From Segatella copri (GTDB lineage Bacteria; Bacteroidota; Bacteroidia; Bacteroidales; Bacteroidaceae), in contig CAUFXJ010000010.1 in NCBI GenBank assembly GCA_959596915.1, forward strand, positions 34,740 through 98,739: DNA of 64,000 nucleotides, in the 5' to 3' direction. The notes beneath the pieces are model-generated. The model made no database searches, was not told the DNA's origin, and was given only the letters and a program-made list of their open reading frames with translations. Below, piece by piece: positions 51,355 to 59,292 of the stretch; the stretch's first letter is position 1, and every line of letters begins with the position of its first letter. The position numbers and the translations under genes are program-made.

Positions 51355-51595
51355 AAAGTCTTTTTACTTATCCCTTCACCTCCCTTCACCACCCTTCACC
51401 CTTAACTATCTGACCCACAAAATATTAAACAAAAAGGTGAAGGGTGAAGGGTTGAAAACTCTTTTATATATATACGCGTGAAGGGTAAGGGTAAAAACCG
51501 AAAAAAAGACCCTAGGGTCAAAAATCGCAAAATCCATAAAATAAAGAATATAATATAGAGTTTAAAATATACCCTTCACCCTTCACCTCGTCATT
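51355..51595. repeat. iteron-like array: >=9 copies of CCCTTCACC/GGTGAAGGG in both orientations plus 12-bp palindrome gaccctagggtc
   Basis: Read directly. Copies at 51364-51392 (x3, +), 51435-51452 (x2, inverted), 51477-51490 and 51574-51589 (x2, +). Confidence 0.8.
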
Positions 51596-51713
51596 TTTCA
51601 ACTTTTTCTTCCGACAGGCAATACAAAACCAAACATCATCTTCAAAATACCCCCAAAAAGGGGCGCAAAAATGCTGCGTTAAAAACTTTAACCTAGGTTA
51701 TTCTTTGTAAAAA

Positions 51714-51733
51714 GCGAGCTCTATAGAGCTCTC
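51714..51733. promoter_or_regulatory. perfect 16-bp palindrome gagctctatagagctc upstream of small HTH-like gene
   Basis: Read directly, ~60 bp upstream of the start at 51792. Confidence 0.45.
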
Positions 51734-51791
51734 CGCCTAAGTAAAACATTTTGTTTACCTTCGCAACATATTAACAACAAAGAATAAAACA

Positions 51792-52226
51792 ATGAAAGAT
51801 TTGCAGAAATTTATGACAGAACTTGAAGATGAAGTCAGATTTAAGCTGGCTATCGCAAAGACATGTGGCGTATCACCAACTATGATTCGCAAAGAAACTG
51901 GAGGAAAGTCCAATATCGATAAGAGGATTGATAACATGACGCTCATACCAGAGTACATATTCGCTATGGATAGAGCCATCAAAACCATTCTCATGAAAAA
52001 AGATGATGATGATGCCTTCGAAGGTAAAACCTGGGTTCATGAAGAAAATGTCCATCATAAAACAAGATTCCAGTATTATTGCGATGAAGTGGGCATATGG
52101 GAACAGAACAAAGGTTCGGTATACTGGAGCGAACATAACAGAGCATGGAGCTACTGGAGAGAAACCCTTTCCTACAAGAAAATAACTAAAAAACTTGGAA
52201 AATTATTAAAAGATTCAAACTCATAA
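51792..52226 (+). CDS. hypothetical small protein with possible HTH (..LAIAKTCGVSPTMIRK..)
   Basis: ORF immediately upstream (13 bp) of the primase-like gene. A weak HTH-like segment. Confidence 0.4.
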   Translation: MKDLQKFMTELEDEVRFKLAIAKTCGVSPTMIRKETGGKSNIDKRIDNMTLIPEYIFAMDRAIKTILMKKDDDDAFEGKTWVHEENVHHKTRFQYYCDEVGIWEQNKGSVYWSEHNRAWSYWRETLSYKKITKKLGKLLKDSNS

Positions 52227-52239
52227 AATCCAAAAAGAA

Positions 52240-54555
52240 ATGAAAAAGATTAAACCCACAAACGAGACCGGAAATAACCCGGAAACAGAAGAGGAGAAAG
52301 AGGCCTTGCCCTCATTTTTCACTAACCTGTTTTCCTCTGCCAGCAACCCGCTCCCTAACAGAGCGGTGCTGGAGTACAACATCATGCATTCGGCACCGGT
52401 AAAAGCCAATACCGAAGGCTACAGGGCGATGATGAAGGTGGACAAGAGAACGGCTGAGGACATCAAGCACCGGCTGCCCTGCATCACTCCCAGCGTGCAG
52501 CTCAAAGGTAATGCCAAGAAGCTGACCGACTTCAGGAAGGAAACCTTCTGGCTGATGCTCGATTATGATGACGTGCCTCCCGAAGACATCGCAGATCTTA
52601 AGAAAAAAGCCCTGAAACAGCGCTTCACCATGGTCTTCTACATCACCGTCTCGGGCAAGGGATTCCGCATCCTGCTCAGATATATGCGGCCTGAAGGATG
52701 CAATCTCACTGCCACCGAACTCCACCTGCTCGCCATCAGAAAAGCCATGAGCATGTACGATAAACTGCTGGGTATCAGCAGCGACAAACAATGCCAGGAT
52801 ATGGTGAGAAGCTGCGGACTGGCTTACGACCCCGAGGCTTACTTCAACTGGAATGCCGAAGTTCTCCCCATCACCCGGGAGGAGGTGGAGAACTTCGAAA
52901 AAGCTACAAAGCAACAGGAGGAACAGAAAAGGAAAAGGCAGACGGAGGCTGAAAAAACCAGAAAGAAAAGCCCGCGCAAACAGGAAGACGAGGCGCCAGC
53001 CAAAACGCTCACCACCGAAGAGATTCTGCAGTATGTAGACAAACTGGCGGAGAGCTGGGAAGAGCGGTTTGAGGAGCATCATCACAACAGCTACGTAGTG
53101 AGATACGCCACATTCTGCCTCTGTTTCGGAGCCGAAAAGGAGGAGGCTGTGAAACACATGGCAGATAAGTTTGGCGGCGAATATGCCGATACCGAGCGGG
53201 TGGCACGGGAGATTTACAAGCATACCGAGCGGCTGGGAACCTGGAAGATAAGACAGCAGGGAGATGAGGAGCAGAAACGCTATACCAGCATGAGAGCACT
53301 GCTGGGATGGCTGGGAGCCCGATATGAAATGCACCACAACACGCTGAGCAACCAGTATGAAGTGCGCGCCATCAACACCGGAGAGAAACTCTATCTCGAC
53401 TGGACCGAAGTGGATACCCGGGTGAGCAATTCCCTGTTCGTGAAGATGGAACTGGATAACATCTGCACCACCCAGAAAAAGCTGGATACAGTAATCAGAA
53501 GTAACTTCAGTCCCGAATTCAACCCCATGGAGGAATATCTGAAGAGTCTGCCGAAATGGGACCGAAAGACTGACCATATCGCAGAATTGGCCCATCGGGT
53601 AACCGTGATGCAGACCGGCGGTTACCGCCATACGGAGGAGGATTTTGCCTATGCCTTCAGGAAATGGCTGGTCAACATGGTGGTTTGCTGGGTTCGCCCC
53701 GATGTCACCAACCAGTCTATCATGGTTTTCGTAGGCAAGGGCGGCATCTTCAAGACCACGTTTTTCGACCATCTTCTGCCGGCCCATCTGCGCAAGTATT
53801 TCGCCAACGATTCTACGGGCGACTACAAGAACAAGGATTTCCTGCAGATGTGTGCCAGCAAGGCGATAGTGTGTCTCGATGAGTTCAGCTGTCTGCGCGG
53901 CAAGAACCTGGATTCCTTCAAGAGCAACATCACAAAGCGCAACATCAGCATGCGAATCCCTTATGCCGAGTGGGACTGCATTCTGCAGAACAATGCGGGG
54001 TTCTGTGCCACGAGCAATGAGATTCATATCATCGATGATGACGAGAACCGCCGTTTCCTCATCTGGCGCATCGAGAAGATCAAGAGTCCCATCGACTTCC
54101 CCTTCAATTACGAGGGCATCTACTCCCAGGCTGTGTCACTGGCTCAGGAGGTGATAGAGAAGCGCCGGAGGGGTGAGCACTGCGACTGGGTTTACTGGTT
54201 TACGAAGGAGGAGAACGAGGAGATTCAGCGCCACAATCTTTATTTCCGTGTAAACAACTACATAGCCGAGCGCATCAACAAGTTCTACCGTGTTCCTGAT
54301 GCCGATACGCCGCCCGAGTTCTGCAAGTTTGTTACGGCGAGTGATGTGATGGAGCGCATCTGCACGAACCCCGCCTTCCGCCAGTCGATGTCGAACAAGG
54401 ATATATCGATGTTCATGGAGGCGCTGGGGTTCAAGAAGATTCACCGCAAGACGGGCAACGGCTGGAAGGTGATAGAAATGCGTCCGGACGAGATAGAGAA
54501 CAACCAGAAGATGGATGGCAGCGAGAATATTCCGCCCGAAGATCTCCCATTTTAG
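52240..54555 (+). CDS. primase/NTPase-like protein of mobile elements (VirE/DUF3987-P4 primase C-terminal P-loop type)
   Basis: 771 aa. A central Lys/Glu/Arg-rich linker, a C-terminal P-loop-like VFVGKGGIFKTTFFD and a downstream DExx-like LDEFS. Architecture typical of Bacteroidales mobile-element primases. The antisense 571-aa ORF was rejected. Confidence 0.5.
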   Translation: MKKIKPTNETGNNPETEEEKEALPSFFTNLFSSASNPLPNRAVLEYNIMHSAPVKANTEGYRAMMKVDKRTAEDIKHRLPCITPSVQLKGNAKKLTDFRKETFWLMLDYDDVPPEDIADLKKKALKQRFTMVFYITVSGKGFRILLRYMRPEGCNLTATELHLLAIRKAMSMYDKLLGISSDKQCQDMVRSCGLAYDPEAYFNWNAEVLPITREEVENFEKATKQQEEQKRKRQTEAEKTRKKSPRKQEDEAPAKTLTTEEILQYVDKLAESWEERFEEHHHNSYVVRYATFCLCFGAEKEEAVKHMADKFGGEYADTERVAREIYKHTERLGTWKIRQQGDEEQKRYTSMRALLGWLGARYEMHHNTLSNQYEVRAINTGEKLYLDWTEVDTRVSNSLFVKMELDNICTTQKKLDTVIRSNFSPEFNPMEEYLKSLPKWDRKTDHIAELAHRVTVMQTGGYRHTEEDFAYAFRKWLVNMVVCWVRPDVTNQSIMVFVGKGGIFKTTFFDHLLPAHLRKYFANDSTGDYKNKDFLQMCASKAIVCLDEFSCLRGKNLDSFKSNITKRNISMRIPYAEWDCILQNNAGFCATSNEIHIIDDDENRRFLIWRIEKIKSPIDFPFNYEGIYSQAVSLAQEVIEKRRRGEHCDWVYWFTKEENEEIQRHNLYFRVNNYIAERINKFYRVPDADTPPEFCKFVTASDVMERICTNPAFRQSMSNKDISMFMEALGFKKIHRKTGNGWKVIEMRPDEIENNQKMDGSENIPPEDLPF

Positions 54556-54565
54556 GAAATTCTGC

Positions 54566-54625
54566 TTCGGAGATATTTCCGTATCTTTCGGAGATATTTC
54601 CGTATCTTTCGGAGGGATTTTATTA
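54566..54625. repeat. tandem 21-bp repeats (cggagatatttccgtatcttt x ~2.7)
   Basis: Read directly. The core tatctttcggagatatt is shared with the repeat at 1951-2010. Confidence 0.8.
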
Positions 54626-54699
54626 TGATTCGGAGAGATTTTATACTACCAGGCAGAAGAAAGAAGCAACTGACAAAAACAGACTAAAAAGAACAAATT

Positions 54700-54912
54700 A
54701 TGATAGAAGACAGAAGTTACGGGAAGGCAGAGCTCGCCATGCTCTACTTTCCCACCGCTACCCCCAGGGTAGCGCTCAACCGGCTGGTGAGATGGATCAA
54801 CCGGTGCCCCGAGCTCAAGCAGAGCCTCTGTTCGGGCTACGCCGGCAAGTTTTCCCACTTCTACACCCGGCAACAAGTAGCAGAAATCATCGAATTTCTG
54901 GATGAACCATAA
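54700..54912 (+). CDS. DUF4248 domain-containing protein
   Basis: 70 aa with the family-typical ..LAMLYFP..RVALNRLVRWINRCPEL.. Commonly adjacent to primase genes in Bacteroidales elements. Confidence 0.6.
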   Translation: MIEDRSYGKAELAMLYFPTATPRVALNRLVRWINRCPELKQSLCSGYAGKFSHFYTRQQVAEIIEFLDEP

Positions 54913-54998
54913 AAAAAACACCCTGGAAGGGAATGCATACAACACACTATGCATATCCCTTTCAGGGTGAGTTTATTATAGGAAAAAATACCCGTTTT

Positions 54999-56600
54999 TT
55001 AAACGCTTTTGCCCTTAGACTTCCAGTCGTCAATCGTCCCCGTCTTAGACGAGAAATTGCAGCCTATCAGGTAAATCGTTCTGTTGTCTGTAGCATACTC
55101 ACGGGCATATCCTTTTTCCTCGATTTGTTTCAAGGCTTCAGTCGCTGACCCATCACGTTTAAATTCGAAGATATATACAAACATTGGGGTCTCAATAATG
55201 CAATCAACCCGTCCTTCACTTTGCTCCTTTTCTATTAGAACGGTAAAACTGCTTATCATGCGAATCACCAGATAGAAGGTATATTGAAAGTATCGCTCTT
55301 TTTCCCGTTCGTCATCTTTGCGTCGCTGACTATATGGTATACTGGCGAAGAAGGAAGTGAGTAATTTCTCCAATTTGTCACAATCTCCCATCTTCATCGT
55401 ATTAACAACTTCTACGACCCAAGCGTCAGGCGATTCCTTGGGCTTCAGATAGTTGGCAGCCACCATGGTTACGAAGCCAGCTTTTACTTCATCGTTTGGA
55501 AAATCCAAGAGATAAGAATCGGTATCCATGTTCCAATCCTTAATGGTGAGATAACCACTCTGGTAAATCATTGGCAATGGAGCCTCTGTATCCGCCTTGT
55601 AATCTATAAAACTGCTGGTAGGATAAAATTTCCCTGTCAGTTCATTGAGGTTTTCGTCGAAGTGAGCTAATAAGCGGACCAGATAAGTAGGCGAACCTGT
55701 ACGGAACCAGAAATCACTCAGGATTTTCTTACTCAGTGAGTTCAAGATACTGAAAGGATTGTAGATGTCGAGCATGCTTGGGCTGAAATGGTAACCGTCA
55801 TATTTGCGCTTGAGCCGATATTTCATCTCATCCTCAGACACTTTATATCTTGCAGCCATTGCCTTGATTTGCTCATCAAAGACAGAATACAGTTCCTCTT
55901 CCGTGATGCCGCAAAGAGCCTCGTAGCGGTCGTCCATGCTGATGTCATCTGGTTGGTTGAAACCACTGAATACGCTTACTTGCGAGAACTTGGTAACACC
56001 AGTCAACAGCACGAATTTCAAATCTTTGTCAGCAGCCTTGAAGACACTGTAGAAACCTTTCATAATCTCGCGATGTCGGTCTTCCAGCAAACGTTCGTTG
56101 CCTTCAGAATCGAAGGTCTTTAACCCTGTGTCTAAAACATCCAGTAAAGGTTTGTCATATTCATCAATCAGGACAACGGCGCCAAGTCCTGTCTTTTCAT
56201 GGGCAGCTTTCAAAACAGCCATAAATCTGTCTCCCAAGGTGTTGGCCAATGGGTTTCTGCCATAATTCAGTTCTTGGGTTTCAACAAAAGTCTGCAAGGT
56301 TTTTTCCAATTCGCCTGCCTGTGTGAAATTCTTGCCGTTGAAATCTATATGAAAAACCGGATATTGCTTCCATTCTTTTTCTAACTGTTCGATGGCAAGT
56401 CCTTTAAACAGTTCTTTCTTTCCTTGGAAGTAGCATTCCAGGGTAGAAATCAACAACGACTTTCCGAATCGTCTTGGACGACTCAGAAAATATATATTCC
56501 CATTGTGTACTAAATCATAAATCAAGTCTGTCTTGTCAAGATAGACATAACCATCATCTCTGATTTTTCCAAAGTCTTGTATACCTATAGGATATTTCAT
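54999..56600 (-). CDS. AAA-ATPase-like (DUF1703) + PD-(D/E)XK nuclease-like domain protein
   Basis: N-terminal motif ..FGKIRDDGYVYLDKTDLIYDLV..LSRPRRFGKSLLISTLE.. (the Bacteroidales 'AAA-ATPase-like' family), with a C-terminal PDDEXK_9-like region. ~533 aa. Confidence 0.7.
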   Translation of the reverse strand: MKYPIGIQDFGKIRDDGYVYLDKTDLIYDLVHNGNIYFLSRPRRFGKSLLISTLECYFQGKKELFKGLAIEQLEKEWKQYPVFHIDFNGKNFTQAGELEKTLQTFVETQELNYGRNPLANTLGDRFMAVLKAAHEKTGLGAVVLIDEYDKPLLDVLDTGLKTFDSEGNERLLEDRHREIMKGFYSVFKAADKDLKFVLLTGVTKFSQVSVFSGFNQPDDISMDDRYEALCGITEEELYSVFDEQIKAMAARYKVSEDEMKYRLKRKYDGYHFSPSMLDIYNPFSILNSLSKKILSDFWFRTGSPTYLVRLLAHFDENLNELTGKFYPTSSFIDYKADTEAPLPMIYQSGYLTIKDWNMDTDSYLLDFPNDEVKAGFVTMVAANYLKPKESPDAWVVEVVNTMKMGDCDKLEKLLTSFFASIPYSQRRKDDEREKERYFQYTFYLVIRMISSFTVLIEKEQSEGRVDCIIETPMFVYIFEFKRDGSATEALKQIEEKGYAREYATDNRTIYLIGCNFSSKTGTIDDWKSKGKSV

Positions 56601-56929
56601 ATTGTTGCTTTTTATTGAATTTTTGGCAAAGTTACGAAAAAAGTTGGTATCTGCAAAATAATGCGGAATAAAATGTCTTTATTTTCAGATAAAAGCAATT
56701 CTTATGCTATATATCCCTGCGCTCCGCTCTACATCGTTGAAAGTTCAGTAACATAAAAAAATACCACTTTTTTCAACCTTTTTTTCCCGAATCCCTGCAA
56801 ATCGCACAAATCGCATAGTTGGGGGTTCGGGAATGTTGTATCTTTGTATCGTCAATCAGAGAGGTTGATGCAGCAACGGTTTCGGCGGAGACACTGACTG
56901 CTTTTTACTAAAACTAAATTTTTAAAAGT

Positions 56930-57502
56930 ATGATTCTCATCAAATTAGCGAAGAACAAGAACAAGACAATCAAGGAAGCGTATGGCAAGTATTATGCGCG
57001 ACCAGTAGTAACAGAAACCATCGGTATCGATGAACTCGCCGAACACATGGCGAGCCACAACACCCCGTTCTCGAAGGGTGCCATCAAGGGCCTTCTCTCC
57101 GATATGGTGAGCTGTGTGAAGGAGCTCGTGCTCCAGAATAAGGCAGTGAAGATAGACAACCTCGCCATCTTCTCCATCGGCATCATCAACAAGATGGGAG
57201 CCGCCAGCATCAAGGAGTGGAGCCTCGCCAAGTTTGTAGAAGGCTACCGCCTCAGAGCCCGTGCTACCGGCAAGCTCAGCAACACCCAGCTCTCTCTCGA
57301 TGCCAACGCCAAGAACGCCATGGATCTCCTCAACTCTAGCGAGAGCGCTGCAGGCGATACCACCACTGGCGATACCACACAGGGCGGCGGAACCACTGAG
57401 GGCGGCGGAACCACTGGGGGCGGCGGAACATCACAAGGCGGCGGTACATCACAAGGCGGCAGCACCGACGGAACAGGCGACAACGGAGACGGCCTGGAGT
57501 AG
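56930..57502 (+). CDS. HU-family (Bac_DNA_binding-like) DNA-binding protein with Gly/Thr-rich repetitive C-terminal tail
   Basis: N-terminal HU-like fold (..KLAKNKNKTIKEAYGKYYARPV..). The C-terminal 50 aa is TTGGG repeats encoded by ~4 tandem 18-21-bp units at ~57383-57466. Confidence 0.6.
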   Translation: MILIKLAKNKNKTIKEAYGKYYARPVVTETIGIDELAEHMASHNTPFSKGAIKGLLSDMVSCVKELVLQNKAVKIDNLAIFSIGIINKMGAASIKEWSLAKFVEGYRLRARATGKLSNTQLSLDANAKNAMDLLNSSESAAGDTTTGDTTQGGGTTEGGGTTGGGGTSQGGGTSQGGSTDGTGDNGDGLE

Positions 57503-57788
57503 TGATCCATCTCTCAAATATGCGAAACGACAGAAGAAGGAAGGAGTGAACTGACCGGCGACAGGGATATTCCGAAGGCACAAAGCGGCTGGTTTTCATC
57601 CTGACGATTACGGATAAACAGCAAATCATAATGACCCAAGAACCTGCCTTTTACGGGTATCCGGGCTGGCAGTTTCTCCCCCGCCCTTCTTCTTCCAGAA
57701 ACGCTTACTGAAACTAAATTTCAACCACTAAAACAAGCATGTGACTATCATTATCCACTTAGTATTAATCATTAAAAAACAAAGCAAA

Positions 57789-57878
57789 ATGAAAAAAGTA
57801 AATTGGAAAACCATCATCAATTTCCTCATCACGGTATTAACAGCTGTAGCCAGCTCATTCTGTGTACAGAACTGCTAA
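57789..57878 (+). CDS. 29-aa single-TM peptide (MKKVNWKTIINFLITVLTAVASSFCVQNC), holin-like?
   Basis: Unlisted short ORF with ATG start and a hydrophobic helix. Ends 16 bp before the amidase ATG. Confidence 0.35.
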   Translation: MKKVNWKTIINFLITVLTAVASSFCVQNC

Positions 57879-57894
57879 AAGAAGGGAGGTTGCC

Positions 57895-58332
57895 ATGACA
57901 CAGAAACATCGTAGCATTTCACTCATCGTGATCCACTGTTCAGCCACGAGAGTGACTCAGGATTTCACATTCGAGCAGTTGGAGGCCTGCCATCTTGCCC
58001 GCGGTTTCAAGAGTATCGGCTATCATTATTACATCACGAAGGATGGTGTGGTATATCCGGGTCGTCCGGAATCGGAGGTAGGAGCCCATGCCCGTCATTA
58101 CAATGCCCACAGCATCGGCATCTGTTATGAGGGAGGTCTCGACAAGAACGGCAAGCCTGCCGATACGCGTACTCCAGCCCAGAATCAAGCTCTGTATTCG
58201 CTTCTGGAGAGCCTCAGCCTCTCCTATCCAGATGCAGAGATACTGGGCCATCGCGATTTGCCGAACGTTCACAAAGACTGTCCGTCGTTTGATGTCAAGC
58301 GATGGCTGAAGTTGGTAGATTTCCACATCTAG
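57895..58332 (+). CDS. N-acetylmuramoyl-L-alanine amidase (Amidase_2/PGRP, T7-lysozyme-like)
   Basis: Zinc-binding residues of the Amidase_2 fold (..IHCSAT..H..GYHY..CPSFD). Start chosen at MTQKH. Confidence 0.8.
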   Translation: MTQKHRSISLIVIHCSATRVTQDFTFEQLEACHLARGFKSIGYHYYITKDGVVYPGRPESEVGAHARHYNAHSIGICYEGGLDKNGKPADTRTPAQNQALYSLLESLSLSYPDAEILGHRDLPNVHKDCPSFDVKRWLKLVDFHI

Positions 58333-58365
58333 CCGAAGCCAGAGAATATAGATGTCTATACTTAG

Positions 58366-58405
58366 AAAATTACTAAAAAAGGGTGTGTCATGCAGTTATG
58401 ACACA
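58366..58405 (+). terminator. terminator hairpin (aaaaaagggtgtgtcatgcagttatgacacacccttttt)
   Basis: Inverted repeat plus T-run after the amidase stop. Related to the hairpins at 8262 and 49932. Confidence 0.75.
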
Positions 58406-58487
58406 CCCTTTTTCTGTTTTAAGAACATAAACGCAGGCTCGTAAGTCAGCTAGGCGTATTAGAAAGAAACTCATCAACAAAAGATTT

Positions 58488-58742
58488 TCATATCCCATAT
58501 TTTTCTTCCAGATACTCATCACGCAGTTCTTTATCACTTTTATCTGAAGCGAACATGCCGCCCATTTCTTCCCAACTGAACATTTTTGACTCAGCAGGAG
58601 CTTTCATATCTTCCTTTTCAGATATATCAACAACAATTTTTTGCAGGATTTTATTTACCCAATCCTCAATATTAAGTTTATCTTTTCTTGCAAAGATTGC
58701 CGCTTTGTCATATACATTTGGTCTTAATGTAATTGTTGCCAT
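58488..58742 (-). CDS. hypothetical small acidic protein
   Basis: ORF only. An N-terminal beta-strand-like segment followed by helices, possibly RHH-like. Weak. Confidence 0.35.
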   Translation of the reverse strand: MATITLRPNVYDKAAIFARKDKLNIEDWVNKILQKIVVDISEKEDMKAPAESKMFSWEEMGGMFASDKSDKELRDEYLEEKYGI

Positions 58743-58852
58743 AATAATCTTTTTCTATTTATCAATTGCAAAACTACATTTTTTTATTGAAAGTGCCAAA
58801 TGAATTTGAAAAAAAATGCATTATTTTACTCTTTTTCCTCATATAACGGAAT

Positions 58853-58910
58853 TTTTCCCGAATCCCTGCTTATCGTACAAATCTCTCAAATATACGCAAC
58901 GACAGAAGAA
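58853..58910. repeat. 'ghost' copy of HU-locus flanks: 5' flank (cf. 56781-56812) fused directly to 3' flank (cf. 57512-57538)
   Basis: tttttcccgaatccctgcTTatcgTacaaatc|tctcaaatatAcgCaacgacagaagaa matches the sequences immediately upstream and downstream of the HU CDS with ~5 mismatches. Confidence 0.7.
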
Positions 58911-59292
58911 AATTGGATTGCATTGTATTTATTTTTTAAGTTGATTCAAGCCCCACAGGTAGTATTCCTGCGGGGCTTTTTCTTTTTCATCGGCGTTATA
59001 TGAACTATTTATCAGAAAAATCATATACGAAAATGGAAAAAATAGCATCAATTTGTAAGAATGTGAAAAAAAAAGTGCAGAATTAACATTTAAAAGAGGT
59101 TATTTTTCGAAAAATATGTTATCTTTGCAGAAGATAAGCTGCACTCGGCAATTTGAAAGCAAGCTTTCATTGCGCTCATTTGCATTATCTTTGCAAACTA
59201 TATATAGCAAGAACTTGCAGAAACATGCACAATAAAAAGCAAGAGCTTGCAGAAAAAAAATAGAATATAGAATACAAGAAAAAATAAACTTT

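Larger units (their letters stand above)
50183..58910. mobile_element. degenerate accessory/mobile island (Rpn nuclease, iterons, primase-like, DUF4248, AAA/PD-(D/E)XK, HU, TM-peptide+amidase)
   Basis: Gene content typical of Bacteroidales mobilisable elements or remnants, with repeat-dense noncoding DNA. No integrase or tRNA target was seen in the window, so the boundaries are approximate. Confidence 0.45.

Noticed and set aside
52312-54027. 571-aa minus-strand ORF
   Set aside because: Antisense to the primase-like gene. The plus frame has a P-loop and coherent domain structure, while the minus product is repetitive H/L/G-rich with no features.
57244-57629. Pro-rich and Arg/Trp-rich minus-strand ORFs (88 and 97 aa)
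   Set aside because: Antisense translations of the tandem GGCGGCGGAACC repeats in the HU tail. These are repeat artefacts.
57630-57710. 26-aa ORF (MTQEPAFYGYPGWQFLPRPSSSRNAY) between HU and amidase
   Set aside because: No hydrophobic or structural features, and it sits in a region that looks like 5'UTR/promoter of the amidase module. Insufficient evidence.
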